Positions 50,772 to 62,574 of a stretch of 64,000 nt of DNA are shown piece by piece. The position numbers and the translations under genes were made by a program. Source of the DNA: Mobula hypostoma (lineage: Eukaryota). Location of the stretch: positions 173,850,001 through 173,914,000 of the forward strand of contig NC_086097.1 in NCBI RefSeq assembly GCF_963921235.1, read 5' to 3'. Position 1 is the first letter of the stretch. Each line of letters begins with the position of its first letter. The notes beneath the pieces are model-generated. The model searched no databases. It saw nothing but the letters and a program-made list of their open reading frames with translations, and was not told the DNA's origin.

Positions 50772-51419
50772 CTCAGGAGAGATCTTCTGAAATGTTGACA
50801 CCCAGGATCTTGAAACTGCTTATCCTTTCCAGTGTTAACTCCTCAATTATAACTGATGTGTGTTTCTTCCCAGTTCCACTTCCTGAACCCTACAATTAAT
50901 TCCTTGGTCTTACTGATGTTGAATGAAAGTTTATTGCTGGGACACCACTCAAAAAGCACATCTATCTCACTCCTTACACCTCCTCACCACCATCTGAGAC
51001 TCTGCCAACAGTTCAATCATTGGCAAATTTATAGAAGGCATTGGAACTGTACCTACCCTTGCCACACAGGACTGGGTGTAAAGAGAATAGAGCAGCAAAC
51101 TAAGTGTGAGTGTCGGCAAGGAGGAGATGTTATTTCTGCTCCATACTAACTGTGGTCTCTCGATGAGGAGGTCCAGGACCCAGCTGCAGAAGAAAGTTTT
51201 GAAGCTTGCTGATTAGTACTAAAAGAATGATGGTATAGAATGCTGAGCTGTAATAAATAAGCAGCTATCTGATATAGATACTGCTATTGTCCAAGTGGTC
51301 CTAGACCAGGTTGAGAGCTGGTGAGATTACATCCACTGTAGACCTGCTGTGGCCAAAGGCAAATCAGCGAGTCCAGTTCCTTAATCCCAGGAAGGAGTTA
51401 ATTCTCGCCATGATCCATA

Positions 51420-52248
51420 AAAGAGTGGAGCTTAGGAGACAATGGCGCCTAACGTTAACTCCTTTGTTTGCATCTTTGGAAACAGCTCTATTTCTATCCT
51501 TAATATCTCTATTTTTCCCTTTCAGGGTTCTTTTGAAGACCCTGACCTGTAGTTACACGCCGACTTCGGTTCTTTGTCGGAATGGGACCCTCTCACAGGG
51601 TCTCACAACTGGCCACTATTCGGCATACCAAGGACGCGGCCTAGAAGACTAGTATGCCTTTGGGGTTCTGGGATTTCGTGGCTCTGGACGCGGGCAGACA
51701 TGAAGTTGGTGCCTCCACAGGAAATCGGTGTGTCATGGGAGACGGAAGATCGAAAGCAGCGAGTTGGCTGCTGGCTGTGTGCTCAGAGACCCGAGTTCTT
51801 TGGACACAAAGCTCGGAAAAAGTGACGCAACAGACTTTTAATATCGTAAATCAGTGAGTTGTTTGTTATGTCTCCCCTCTCGATCTAAAATGGGGACACC
51901 TCTTTTTCCCTTATTAGGGAGAGAGAGAGAGCCTGTGGTATGTTGAATTACTGGGTGAATGAGTAGTCTTTTGGGTACAGCAAAGTCTGTGTCATTATTG
52001 ATACTTTGCTGTACGCTTGAGCGCTTGGTGGGGGGTGCCGATGCTTTTTTTGCTGGTGGGGGAGGGGGGGTCGATGCTTTGCTGCTGCTTAGGCGTGGGG
52101 GGGAGCTGGGGGGGGCTTTGGGGTTCTAACATTTAACTGTCATTCATTCTTTGGGACACTCCTCTGTTTTTGTGGATGGTTACAAAGAAAAAGAATTTCA
52201 GTATGTATATTGTATATATTTTTCTGACATTAAATGTACCTTTGAAAC
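51420..52248 (+). mobile_element. Probable non-autonomous Rex1/Babar-derived element (relatively CpG-rich)
   Basis: It interrupts the host Rex1 MKCF..L motif and begins near CAATGGCGCC. It ends AAGAATTTCAGTATGTATA...GACATTAAATGTACCTTTGAAAC. Confidence 0.55.
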
Positions 52249-54779
52249 CAAGCTTTTAATGCACTTCATCACAGTAATTGTGAGTGCTATTGGGCAATAG
52301 TCGTTGAGGCAGCTCACCCTACACTTCTTGGGCACTGGTATGATTGATGCCCTTTTGAAGTAGGTTGAAACCTCTGGCTATAGCAGTGAGAAACTGAATA
52401 TGTCCTTGAACAATCCAGCCAGTTGGTTGGCACAGGTGTTCAGTGCCCTGCCAGGTACACTGGGGACTGACATCTTCTGAGGGTTCACCCTCTTGGAAGA
52501 TTTTCTGATGTCAATTTCTGAGACAGATATCGTAGGGTTACCTATTGCTGCAGAGATTCACACAGGTAAAGTTTTATTCTCCCTTTCAAAGTGTGCATAA
52601 AAGGCATTCAGCTCATCAAAGTGTGAAGCATCACAACCATTTATGATGTTAGGTTACACCTTCTTGGAAGAAATCGCTTGATAACCCTGCCATATCTGAT
52701 GTGCATCAGATTTCATTCCTAACTTTACTTGGAATTGCTTCCTGTCCCTTGTAACATTTGTCTCTTCACATCCTTTCTCACCAGCATCCAGAGACCTAAA
52801 CAAGCTATCCAGGTGAGGCAAAGATTCATTTGCATATCTTCCAACCTTGTCTACCGGCCTCAGTGTTCACAATGAGGGCTCCTTTACATAATGAAACCAA
52901 GCACAGACCAGATGACCACTTTGCAAAGCACCTACACTCTATCTGCAATAGCTACACCGAGATTCCAGTGGCATGTCATTTTAATTCTCCATCCCACTTC
53001 CACAATGAAGGAAGTTAAAGATGAAATGCAACCCAAAGCACATAACACACAAATTCGAAGAACTATGTCTCATATCTGTTTGGATAAGTTAAAACCCAAT
53101 TGTATTCATACGGAATTTTCCAATTGTAATTGACCTACATCATCAGATGCTTCCCTTGCATATGAACTTGTCTAAACATTTTGTTTTCTACTCCTTTTTG
53201 TTCAGCCCTCTCATTCTCTACCCTACCTGGTTCCACCTTACTATCATCCTTTTTTCATTGGGTTCCACCTGTCACCTAGTAACCTCTAATCCACCCCTCC
53301 CCCAATGAGTTCCATCCGTCCATCATTCCCTTCTCACCAGCTTTCACTTATCACCTACCAACCTCGATCCCATTCCCCTTCTCATTGTATACAAAGGCCA
53401 TCTTCCCTATTCCCTCTCAGGGTCTCAACCCAAAATATTGACTTACATCTTAAACATTACCCTAATGTTAAGGTAAACATTAGGACAGAATGCTGGAAGA
53501 ATTCTGAGCGCTGTATAAACAACAGAATTAAAAAGAAACACTTCACCTTACAGAGAGAAAAGATACAAGTAACACATCAACTTCTCGTGTAAAACTTACA
53601 TGCATGAAGGTTTGTTATCAATTATGGAAAAACTTACTGTTTGCTATCCAGCTGAATACTAAATCATGGGAATCATACAAAATAGCAACATGGATCTTTC
53701 TGATGCAAGTGTGGATTAGGAATGTTAATGGCAAATCCTTCCACTGAAGCAATATCAAAGCAAACTATCTGTACAAAGTCTAAGAAAGCTTCATTTCCAG
53801 CCTGCACTTACATTGTCCAGAGCTCTCACAGCTGGTGCGCAGCGACTGAAGCCATATAATCAATATCCCATCCAGCAACATAAATATCCACAGATGCAAC
53901 ACAAGTACCTGATCCTGAAAGAAGACTGCCCAGATTCAACAGAATTATCTGAACAGACACTACTTAGTTCCTAAAATGTCTTCTCATTGAGATTTGGTAT
54001 AACTTTTTTTAAGTGGGGGGATGCATGCATAGAAGTTGTCTTACCATTACAATAGTTTCAGTGTCAGTAATAGTTCAATGTATTTATTTATTTAGTCATT
54101 TATTCATAGCACATAGAAAGAGATCCTAACATTGAAAATTATTTATACCATACACAACTGTATTCAATCAAATTAATCATCTGAACCTTCAAATATAAAC
54201 AGCAAAATGTGTTGTTTCTGGTTCCAGCCAATTAACATGTCAAGTCAATGGTCTTTTTGTGCCCAGACACCTAGGCCATCTGCTGGCTGATTGTGTGGCC
54301 CAAAGTACATGTTCAAAAGCTTGAAGGAGGATGAAAATGCCACAACTGACAGGTGGCACTGAAGGCTATTTCTGGGAACTCTCAATATAGTTTCCACTTT
54401 TGGACTGTAACAATATCAAAGGGAATTTAAACAAAAACCAAATAAACTGAATAGGTGAAAGCAGATGAGTTAATGCATTGGATACAAAGCTTCTGTCAAA
54501 ACTGGAAGAAATTACCACATATGCAAACATTGAGAGTAGAAAAAATAGGGAAGGGAGAATACCAACCAAATAGAGACAGACCACATTACAAACAAATTAT
54601 AGACATTCATGCTGCAAATGAATATGTAAAAAACTCAATTCACGGATGAGTGAGGTTGGTAGCAGTTTGTGAAGTGTTGGAGAAAGGGAAGAAGAGCGGA
54701 AAATAAATTAAGACAGACGGAAATGAAAGTTGAGATCAGTGAAAAAGCTGGGCAGACTGCACTTTTCACCGCAGTATGG

Positions 54780-55120
54780 AGGTTAAATTACTAGATTAGC
54801 AGTCAGTTTTAAACCTCTGACCCAAGGATGAGAATTTGAATCCCACCTAGATAACTAGAGAATTTAAAATTATATAATTCCAGAAATCTTGAATTTTAAG
54901 GAAGTATGTCTCAATAACAGCAACCATGAAACTACTACACTGCCGTGAAAACCATCTGGTGAACTAATGCCCTTTGGAAAAGGAAACTTGCCTTTCTTAG
55001 TTGGTCTGGTCCCCAACCTACCAGCGTGATTGGCCTTTAATTCCCTCATTGATTCAGAAGCAATTAGGATGGACAATTAATGCCAACTTTGCCAGTAGCA
55101 TATAAATTCTGTGAATAAAT
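54780..55120 (+). mobile_element. Ancient tRNA-derived SINE
   Basis: It has a degenerate B box (TTTGAATCCCACC), a central AAAACCATCTGGTGAACTAATGCCCTTTGGAAAAGGAAACTTGCC block, and a GCAATTAGGATGG..TTTGCCAG tail. A second copy lies at 37400-37600. Confidence 0.55.
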
Positions 55121-55231
55121 TTTAAGTAAAACTTTCCTGGATAAGAAAGATGAAAACATAACTTTTTTAAAAATCCTAAAATTGTTATTTCTCTGAACAA
55201 TCTAAACAGTTCCACTGCAAAAACTCCAACA

Positions 55232-55826
55232 AGTCAGTGGCTATGCTTTATTAGGAGTTTGAAGAGACTTGGCATGTAAACAAATATACTCAAAAAACTA
55301 TAATTGTACCGTGGAGAGCATTCTGACAGGCTGCATCACTGTCTGGTATGGAGGGACTACTGCACAGGACCAAAAGAAGCTGCAGAAAGTTGTAAATCTA
55401 GTCAGCTCCATCTTGGGTACAAGCCTACAAAGTACCCAGGACATCTTCAGGGAGCAGTGTCTCAGAAAGGCAACGTCTATTATTGAGGACCTCCAGCACC
55501 CAGGGCATGCCCTTTTCTCATTGTTACCATCAGGTGGGAGGTACAGAAGCCTGAAGGCACACACTCAGTGATTCACGAACAGCTTCTTCCCCTCTGCCAT
55601 CTGATTCCTAAATGGACATCAAATTTTTGGACACTACCTCACTATTTTTAAAAAAATATACGGTATTTCTGTTTTGAAATCTATTCAATATATTTTAAAT
55701 TATTATTTAAATTTAAATTTTATTTTTTTTATCTCTCTTCTAGATTATGTATTGCATTGAACTGCTGCTGCTAAGTTAACACATTTCATATCACATGGCG
55801 GGGAGAATAAACTTGATTCTGATTCT
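55232..55826 (+). mobile_element. Rex1/Babar LINE 3' fragment
   Basis: VESILTGCITVWYGG...LLPSGGRYRSLKAHTQ with a (GATTCT)n tail; same family as 12930-14207. Confidence 0.9.
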
Positions 55827-56539
55827 GACAACTGAAGATCAATAAATGGTGCCAGTCTCCGAACATGGATCTGCTTTGTCCTCACTAACAATCCATTGAA
55901 AAAATATTTTATTCATTCCAGAAACTGAACAGTTTACTTGAGAATTCTGTCAAAGCATACTGCTTTTCTCTAGCAATAGGTACGTCCATAACTAGATGAC
56001 AGATTTACTGGAGTTCTTTCTTTACCAATGTTTATTTAGGAGACCATCTTAGGAAGCAATTAACAAGATTAGACAAGATTTACAGCATTGAAATATATTA
56101 ATCAGCCTGCACTAGATTCACTTTACTAATTAAGACCTCATTATGGGCTATGTAAGGAATAAAATATAAATATTTTAGAGTATATTTTTTTTGAAATCAA
56201 TAGCTATTTGTTAGGACACACTCACAATTACAAATGTTTTCTAATTACCACAGCCCTCAGTAAATGTCCGTAACTCTAAATTTAAGGAAGATAATATTGT
56301 TTAGGGTTAGTAACATGATAGATAAGTTACTAGACTAGTAACCACAGTCCTGAATTATTGATCCGGAGATACAACATTGAAGTACCTGGGTCAACCAGGT
56401 GACTGTAACCCCATTTCTGTCTGCAAAGGTTTTCTTCTCAGTTAATAGGAGAGGACAGAAAAGAGATAAAACAAAAATGAGCTCACATTAACGAAACATA
56501 TAGTGACTGTTTCTTGCCAATTAAACATTGGTGAACAAA

Positions 56540-58770
56540 ACAATACATTGCAAACCAAACAGAAAATGCAACAGGAAATGGTCAGGCATCATCTGTTGAG
56601 ATGCAAACAGGGTTATCTTTTCAGGACACTGACCTTCCTTCAGAGCAACAGAAGTAGAAAAGTAAGCATATTTTAAATCAGAGAGAGGGGAAGGGTGGAG
56701 AGAGCAAATGGAAAATACACAATAGGATTGAGAATATGGTTCTGTAGGTAACATAAATGCTTTAGTGCTGTCTAGACGAATGAAGGCAGTTGAGAGAGAA
56801 AGGGGAAAAGATCATACTTGAACTGTGAGATACAGAACAAGCAGTTATGGATATCTGAAATAAAAGACAAATTTGGAATTACCTAGTAGGTCATTTAGTA
56901 CAAGTAGAGATAGAAAACTGAATTACTGTCACCTATGGATAAGCTCATATCAGAATTGGCCACTTTAGACACAAATAGGAAAAACTGGTTATCCAAAGTT
57001 GTAGGATTCTGTTTAGAGTCCTGAAAGTTCTGAGATATCTAAACAGATCCATGCTGTCCCTTGATGTTACACAAGAAAGTGTAGTAGATCAAAGAGTGAG
57101 CAGTCAAATAGAAATGGGATGAAAAGTTGAAATGTTGAAGAAATGGAAAGGTTGCAGAGAGACTTAGTCAGTTTAGGAGAGTGGGCAAAGAAATGGCAGA
57201 TGAGATACAACGTTGACAAATGTACGGTTGTATATTTCGGAAGAAGAAATAGTTGGGCAGATTATTATTTAGATGGGGAGAAAATCAAAACCCGGAAGTG
57301 CAAAGGGACTTGGGGGTCCTCATGCAGGATACCCTGAAGGTTAACCACCAAGTTGGACTGGCGGTAAGGAAAGCAAATGCTATGTTGACATTCATTTCAA
57401 GAGGAATAGTGTATAGGAGTAAGGAGGTGTTGATGAGGCTCTATGGGGCATTAGTGAGACCTCATTTGGAATACTGTGTGCAGTTTTGGGCCCCCTATCT
57501 TAGAAAGGATATACTGATGTTGGAGAGAGTTCAGAGAAGATTTACGAGGATGATTCCTGGAATGCAGGGGCTAACATATGAGGAGCGTCTATCAGCTCTT
57601 GGATTGTATTCATTAGAGTACAGAAGAATGAGAGGGGATCTCATAGAAACGTTTTGAATGTTGAAAGGGTTGGACAGAGTAGATGTGGAAAGGTTGTTTC
57701 CCTTGGTGGGTGAGTCCAGACAAGAGGCCATAGTCTTAGAATTAGAGGGTACCCAGTTAAAACAGAGATGAGGAGAAATTTTTTTAGCCAGAGGGTCGTG
57801 GATTTGTGGAATTCGTTGCCACATATGGCTGTGGAGGCCTGATCATTGAGGGTGTTTAAGGAGGAGATTGACAGGTATCTTATTAGTCAGGGTATCAAGG
57901 GATATGGGGAAAAAGCCGGAAATTGGAACGAGATGGGTGAATAGTTTAGCTCATGGAGGAGCTGCGGAGCAGACCCGATGGGCCGAATGGCCTACTTCTG
58001 CTCCTTTGTCTTGTGATCTTGTGAAAAGTGATACTGACGGGCAAACTAGAAGCTTATTGTCAGCCTGGAAAATTGAACAGAAGTGTTCTGAAACTCAATC
58101 ACCAAATCTGCATTTGCTGTACTCAATGCAGAGCAGAGTACATCATGAGAACCATTGAATTTGAAGAAGATCAAGTGAAGTTTTGCTTCCTGTGGAAGAA
58201 TTGTTTAGGTTCCTGGATGGTGGGAAAGGAAAAAGTAAAAGGGCAGCATCAACATCTGAAGTTGCAAGAAAAGAGGCATGACAAGGTGCATGGTGTGTGA
58301 AGATGAAAGAGCAAAGATGAAGTCATAAAGGGAATGGCTCCTTTGGAATGCTGAGATTGGAGGGGAGCATAAGATATGTCATATTAAAATCTTTTGAATA
58401 TTGGCAGATATTACAGTGGAAAATGTTTTGTATATGTAGGCTGGAGGGGTAAATGGTGAGGACAAGGCATATACTACCCTTGCTCCAGCTGGATGGGAGA
58501 GGGTGAGAGTAGAAAGCAGGAAACGCTGAGACACAACCAAAGCCAATCCAGTTCAAGGGGAACCCCACTGAGGAAAAAGGAAGATATCTCAGAAGTACCA
58601 GTGTGAAAGACATGACGGAGACTGCGAAATGGAGAGAGTGGAATAAAGTTCGCTGGGGAGTCAGGATGGAAGAAGGTGTCGTCAAGATAGTTCTGGGAGT
58701 CTGTGTGTTTGCAATAGATAGCCAACCTACTCCATGAGATGGGCGTATCTTCAGGATACCAAAACTCAAA
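56540..58770 (-). mobile_element. Old Penelope-like element interrupted by a young CR1
   Basis: IYCKHTDSQNYLD...HP...IPLSPFRSLR (PLE RT thumb-like) occurs in ORF 58474-58782. A terminal-repeat remnant lies at about 56560-56645. Confidence 0.6.
57128..58021 (+). mobile_element. Young CR1 3' fragment
   Basis: RKANAMLTFISRG...RPHLEYCVQFWAPYLRKD...RGDLIETF, with a (CTTGTGAT) tail. The apparent TSD TGAAAAGT is at 57120-57127 and 58022-58029. Confidence 0.9.
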
Positions 58771-58893
58771 GCTAGTCACCATAATATTATTGTTTCTTCT
58801 TGCAGTAATACTTCATTGTTATAAGTTTCATTATATACGTATTATTTAACTCTTACGTTCCCCACCTCCACCTGGACCACGTATGTCACTCAC

Positions 58894-59014
58894 CTGGAGG
58901 CAAGTCAGGGTCAGTTGAGGTTACTTGCTGGACACGACGAGTTTTAGCTAATGATTTTATGCTCTCTGTAGTGCTACGGGTAGTTGAACTGGAGCCACAG
59001 CTCTCGTGATCATT
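58894..59014 (-). CDS. VPS13B: VPS13B internal coding exon (equivalent to human exon 4), 121 bp
   Basis: Minus strand reads ttttgtag|AAT GAT CAC ... CCT CCA G|gtgagt and translates as NDHESCGSSSTTRSTTESIKSLAKTRRVQQVTSTDPDLPP(G). This matches the recalled human DDHESCGSNSTNRST...TDPDLPPG. It splices in frame (phase 1) to the 41711-41878 exon. It is not in the ORF track. Confidence 0.95.
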
Positions 59015-59147
59015 CTACAAAACAGCAACAAGTCTGGTTAAAAAATCTGGGTATATTTACAACATAATCCAAACCCTCCAAATTACACTGGATTTGATTT
59101 TTTTTTAAATTGTTAAGAATTGTTTCCATTGCCAACAGAAACTGGTA

Positions 59148-59300
59148 CAGGTCGACCTTCACTAATCCAGCACCATTGGGACCTGAGGAGTGCCAGATTA
59201 GTGAAAATGCCGAATTACAGAAGGATCACATTAAGCATAATCAGTGCCGGATTATCGAAGAAACTGGATTACAGGTAGTCGGATTAGTGAAGGTCGACTG
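59148..59300. mobile_element. pogo/Tigger-like MITE
   Basis: TA|CAGGTCGACCTTCACTAATCC ... GGATTAGTGAAGGTCGACTG|TA, with internal CCGGATTA-like subrepeats. Confidence 0.82.
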
Positions 59301-59484
59301 TATGAAATAAAACTGTTCAAATTTATATATGTAATGCACACAACAATGCCCAATACACTTTCATTAACATTCAGTTTTCATAAAAGATAATGCACCACCT
59401 CAATAAAGTTCAACATCCCAATTTAGAAATTTCATTTCCTGGCACAGAGATGGATTAAAAAAAGGAAGGAAAAGTAAAGTAATA

Positions 59485-59770
59485 AACACATACATTTATA
59501 ATGTACCTTCCTTGCCCTTTTCAGAACATTCCAGAAAACTTATCAGTATAGCCTTGAAGTAAAGCTGGGTATTGTTATACTGTAACAATATAAACATGGC
59601 ATCCAATTTATGCATATCATACGATGCCGTAAGGCCTTTGTAATCAACGTTGGGATGTTGCCTTACAGGTTATTGCCAGCCAGGACACCAGAGATAATCT
59701 CTCTCATAGTGTTAGAACTATCTGTAAGATCGGCCAATGACAGCAAAATAATAATTCCACATTTAATTTT
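59485..59770 (-). mobile_element. Possible ancient DeuSINE (SacSINE1/AmnSINE-like) remnant
   Basis: It has an L2-type tail (CATTTATAATGTACCTT..CAGAACATTCCAGAAAACTT) plus AAACATGGCATCCAATTTATGCA and GCCAGGACACCAGAGA blocks resembling the recalled Deu domain. Confidence 0.4.
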
Positions 59771-60069
59771 GGATCCATGATGGCATTCCCATGATAGTAT
59801 GTAAGATCATGATTTATGCAGTAGCTAATCATCTAGATCCTGAACCAAAGCACTGCCATCATATTTTTATCTGACATATTATTACTAAGCAAATTACTAT
59901 CTAACAATTAATTAAATGGAAGAATGATTTACGAGGTATAACCCAATATTGTCAAACTACAAAATAATTATTACAATGATTAATGTAATATTTTTGGCTC
60001 CCTCATGGTAGGCTTATCCAGAAGATTAAGGTGCATGCTATGATTGAAGATTTTACTTCGCAACAAGAT

Positions 60070-60309
60070 GGTATCTATGTAGCCTAATGAAAATAGAGGT
60101 GTTAGGGATGTTATAACGAGTGTTCTTTTGGAGATTTTGATGGAAGAGGATAAATGTCATTTATTGGGAGGCAAAGTTAAGGAGGTAAAGAGATTGCAAA
60201 TTGTCAGAAATGGGGAAAGGACGGATAGTTTATCTGTGTTGATATGTTTTGATAAAGTGAAACTCCCTAATAAAGTTAGTTTGGAGTATCTTAGTTATAC
60301 TGTACGAGC
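60070..60309 (+). mobile_element. Nimb/I-clade LINE ORF1 fragment
   Basis: GKVKEVKRLQIVRNGERTDSLSVLICFDKVKLPNKVSLEYLSYTVRA resembles the pre-zinc-knuckle region of I/Nimb ORF1. Confidence 0.6.
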
Positions 60310-60810
60310 TGTTACAGGCCTCAAGGAGATCTGTGATTTTTTTTTGTGAGAATGATGTAATGGTCTTTTGGAGGTCGCCTGATGTAATTTTCCTGCCGAT
60401 GTGAGGTCACGTGATGACATGTGCACCACGGGTACATAAGGGTAGACCCCAGATGGTGCAGTTAGTTTTTAGTTTTTAGATTTCCAGGTAGAACGTGCTG
60501 TGTCTCCGTTTCTGTTGCATGTTTGTTTTTGTGATGCAGTTTCATTTTTAAAACGGTGTGTTGCGTTCTGTTGCAAGGTGCAATATTTCTGGACTGGAAA
60601 TTTTTGCTAGATGTGCTGATTTACCTTATTCCAGCAGTAGAAGGGAGAGTGAAGACTTTATCGAAGTACAGAACCCGGAGGATTGAAAGGGGTCAGTATC
60701 GTTCGGCAGTTTAACAAAGGATCAACCTTACTGAGTCTTCGTTGAAGGAGTAGCGACCTGCATCGCAGATAACTCTTGCCAAAAGAGTCCACGCTGCATC
60801 TGTCTAAAGG
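60310..60810 (+). mobile_element. Possible truncated LTR
   Basis: It begins abruptly with TGTTAC, interrupting the ORF1 frame. It contains GGTCACGTGATGAC and a TATA-like TACATAAG; no matching 3' end is visible. Confidence 0.4.
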
Positions 60811-62560
60811 AACCACTCCATTTTAAATCTTTCACTATTTCTTCCTTAATGACAGCTTCAAGCATTTTCCTGACTACAGATGTTAAGCTAACTGGCCTAT
60901 AGTTGCCCGTCTTTTGCCTACATCCTATTTTAAAAAGTGGCGTGACACTTGCTGTCTTTCAATCCACCGGGACCTTCCCAGAGTCTAGAGAGTTTTGATA
61001 AATGATTACCAAAGCGTCTACTATAACCTCCACCAATTCCTTCAGCACCTTGGAATGCATCCCATCAGGACCAGGGGACTTATCTACCTTCAGGCCCTTT
61101 AGTTTGCTTATCACTATCTCTTTAGTCACAGCGATTTTATCAAGGTCCTCTCCTCCCATTTCGTCCAAAACATCCTTCTTTGGCATATTTGACATGTCCT
61201 CCACCGTGAAGACCGACACAAAATAGCCGTTCAATGCCTCAGCCATTTCCTTATCACGCAACACACATCAAAGTTGCTGGTGAACGCAGCAGGCCAGGCA
61301 GCATCTCTAGGAAGAGGTACAGTCGACGTTTCAGGCCGAGACCCTTTGTCAGGACTAACTGAAGGAAGAGTTAGTAAGAGATTTGAAAGTGGGAGGGGGA
61401 GGGGGAGATCCAAAATGATAGGAGAAGACAGGAGGGGGAGGTATGGAGCCAAGAGCTGGACAGGTGATTGGCAAAAGGGATATGAGAGGATCATGGGACA
61501 GGAGGCCCAGGGAGAAAGACAAGGGGGGGAGGAACCCAGAGGATGGGCAAGGGGTATAGTCAGAGGGACAGAGGGAGAAAAAGGAGAGTGAGAGAAAGAA
61601 TGTGTGTATATAAATAACGGATGGGGTACGAGGGGGAGGTGGGGCATTAGCAGAAGTTAGAGAAGTCAATGTTCATGCCATCAGGTTGGAGGCTACCCAG
61701 ACGGAATATAATGTGTTGTTCCTCCAACCTGAGTGTGGCTTCATCTTTACAGTAGAGAAGGCCGTGGATAGACATGTCAGAATGGGAATGGGATGTGGAA
61801 TTAAAATGTGTGGCCACTGGGAGATCCTGCTTTCTCTGGCAGACAGAGCGAATACAGTAGAGGAGGCCGTGGATAGACATGTCAGAATGGGAATGGGATG
61901 TGGAATTAAAATTCAATCATACTATGATCACTCTTTCCAAGAGGATCCCTGACTACAAGATCGTTAATCTTACCTGCCTCATTGCACAGGACTAGATTGA
62001 AAATAGTATTTTCCCTTGTAGGTTCACTAATATGCTGTTCAAGAAAGCCATCACGGATGCATTCTATGAAGTCCTCCCCAAGACTTCCTTGAGCAAAATG
62101 ATTCACTCAATCTGTGTGGAAGTTAAAATCCCTCATGACAACTGCCGTTCTGTTCTTACAAGCCTCAGTTATTTTTTGGTTAATCGCCTCTGCCACTGCA
62201 ATATTTTTATTAGGTGGCCTATAGACAACACCCACCAGTGATTTTTTCCCTCTTTTACTATTCTTAATCTCTACCAAGATGGACTCAACATTCTGCTCCG
62301 TATATCGTCTCTCACAATCGCCCTGATCTCATCCCTAATCAAGAGCACCACCCCACCTACTCTGCCTTCCTGCCTATCTTTCCATATTACCTGATACCCT
62401 TGGCTACTTAATTCCCAGTCACCTCTACCTTGCAACCAGGTTTCTGTAATGGCCACTAAATCATATGCTTTGGTACTGATCTGCGCCACAAGTTCACTAA
62501 CCTTGTTTCTAATACTACGGGCATTTAGATCAAGTGCCCTTATACTCATTGTCCTTTTGG
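60810..62560 (-). mobile_element. CR1 LINE (endonuclease and RT start) with a PLE replacing the linker
   Basis: Motifs: LNARSIRNK..DLVAITETWL, FLEQHISEPTR..DPLGKSDHSMIEF, EMAEALNGYFVSVF, KSPGPDGMH. Confidence 0.9.
61258..61911 (-). mobile_element. Young Penelope-like fragment (GIY-YIG C-terminus, 3' UTR, terminal repeat)
   Basis: It closely matches 18900-19420 (KQDLPVATHFNSTSHSHSDMSIHGLLYCKDEATLRLEEQH). A hammerhead motif at 61321-61356 has a CUGACAA variant. No TSD is seen. Confidence 0.9.
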
Positions 62561-62574
62561 AATCTTGTGACCTA

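Larger units (their letters stand above)
48868..52745 (-). mobile_element. Rex1/Babar LINE nested in the old PLE, itself carrying a hAT and another insertion
   Basis: The tail AGAATCAGAATC is at 48868, with KKAASIIKDPHHPG nearby. RT remnants lie at 50780-51415 and 52250-52745. Confidence 0.78.
47760..53445 (+). mobile_element. Old Penelope-like element, fragmented (pieces at about 47760-47915, 48450-48865, 52745-53445)
   Basis: An IPLVLTYP-like RT C-terminal remnant lies near 48690. A degenerate GIY-YIG (LHNETKHRPDDHFAKHLHSI...PVACHFNSPSH) lies at 52800-53130, followed by a pyrimidine-rich 3' UTR. Confidence 0.6.
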
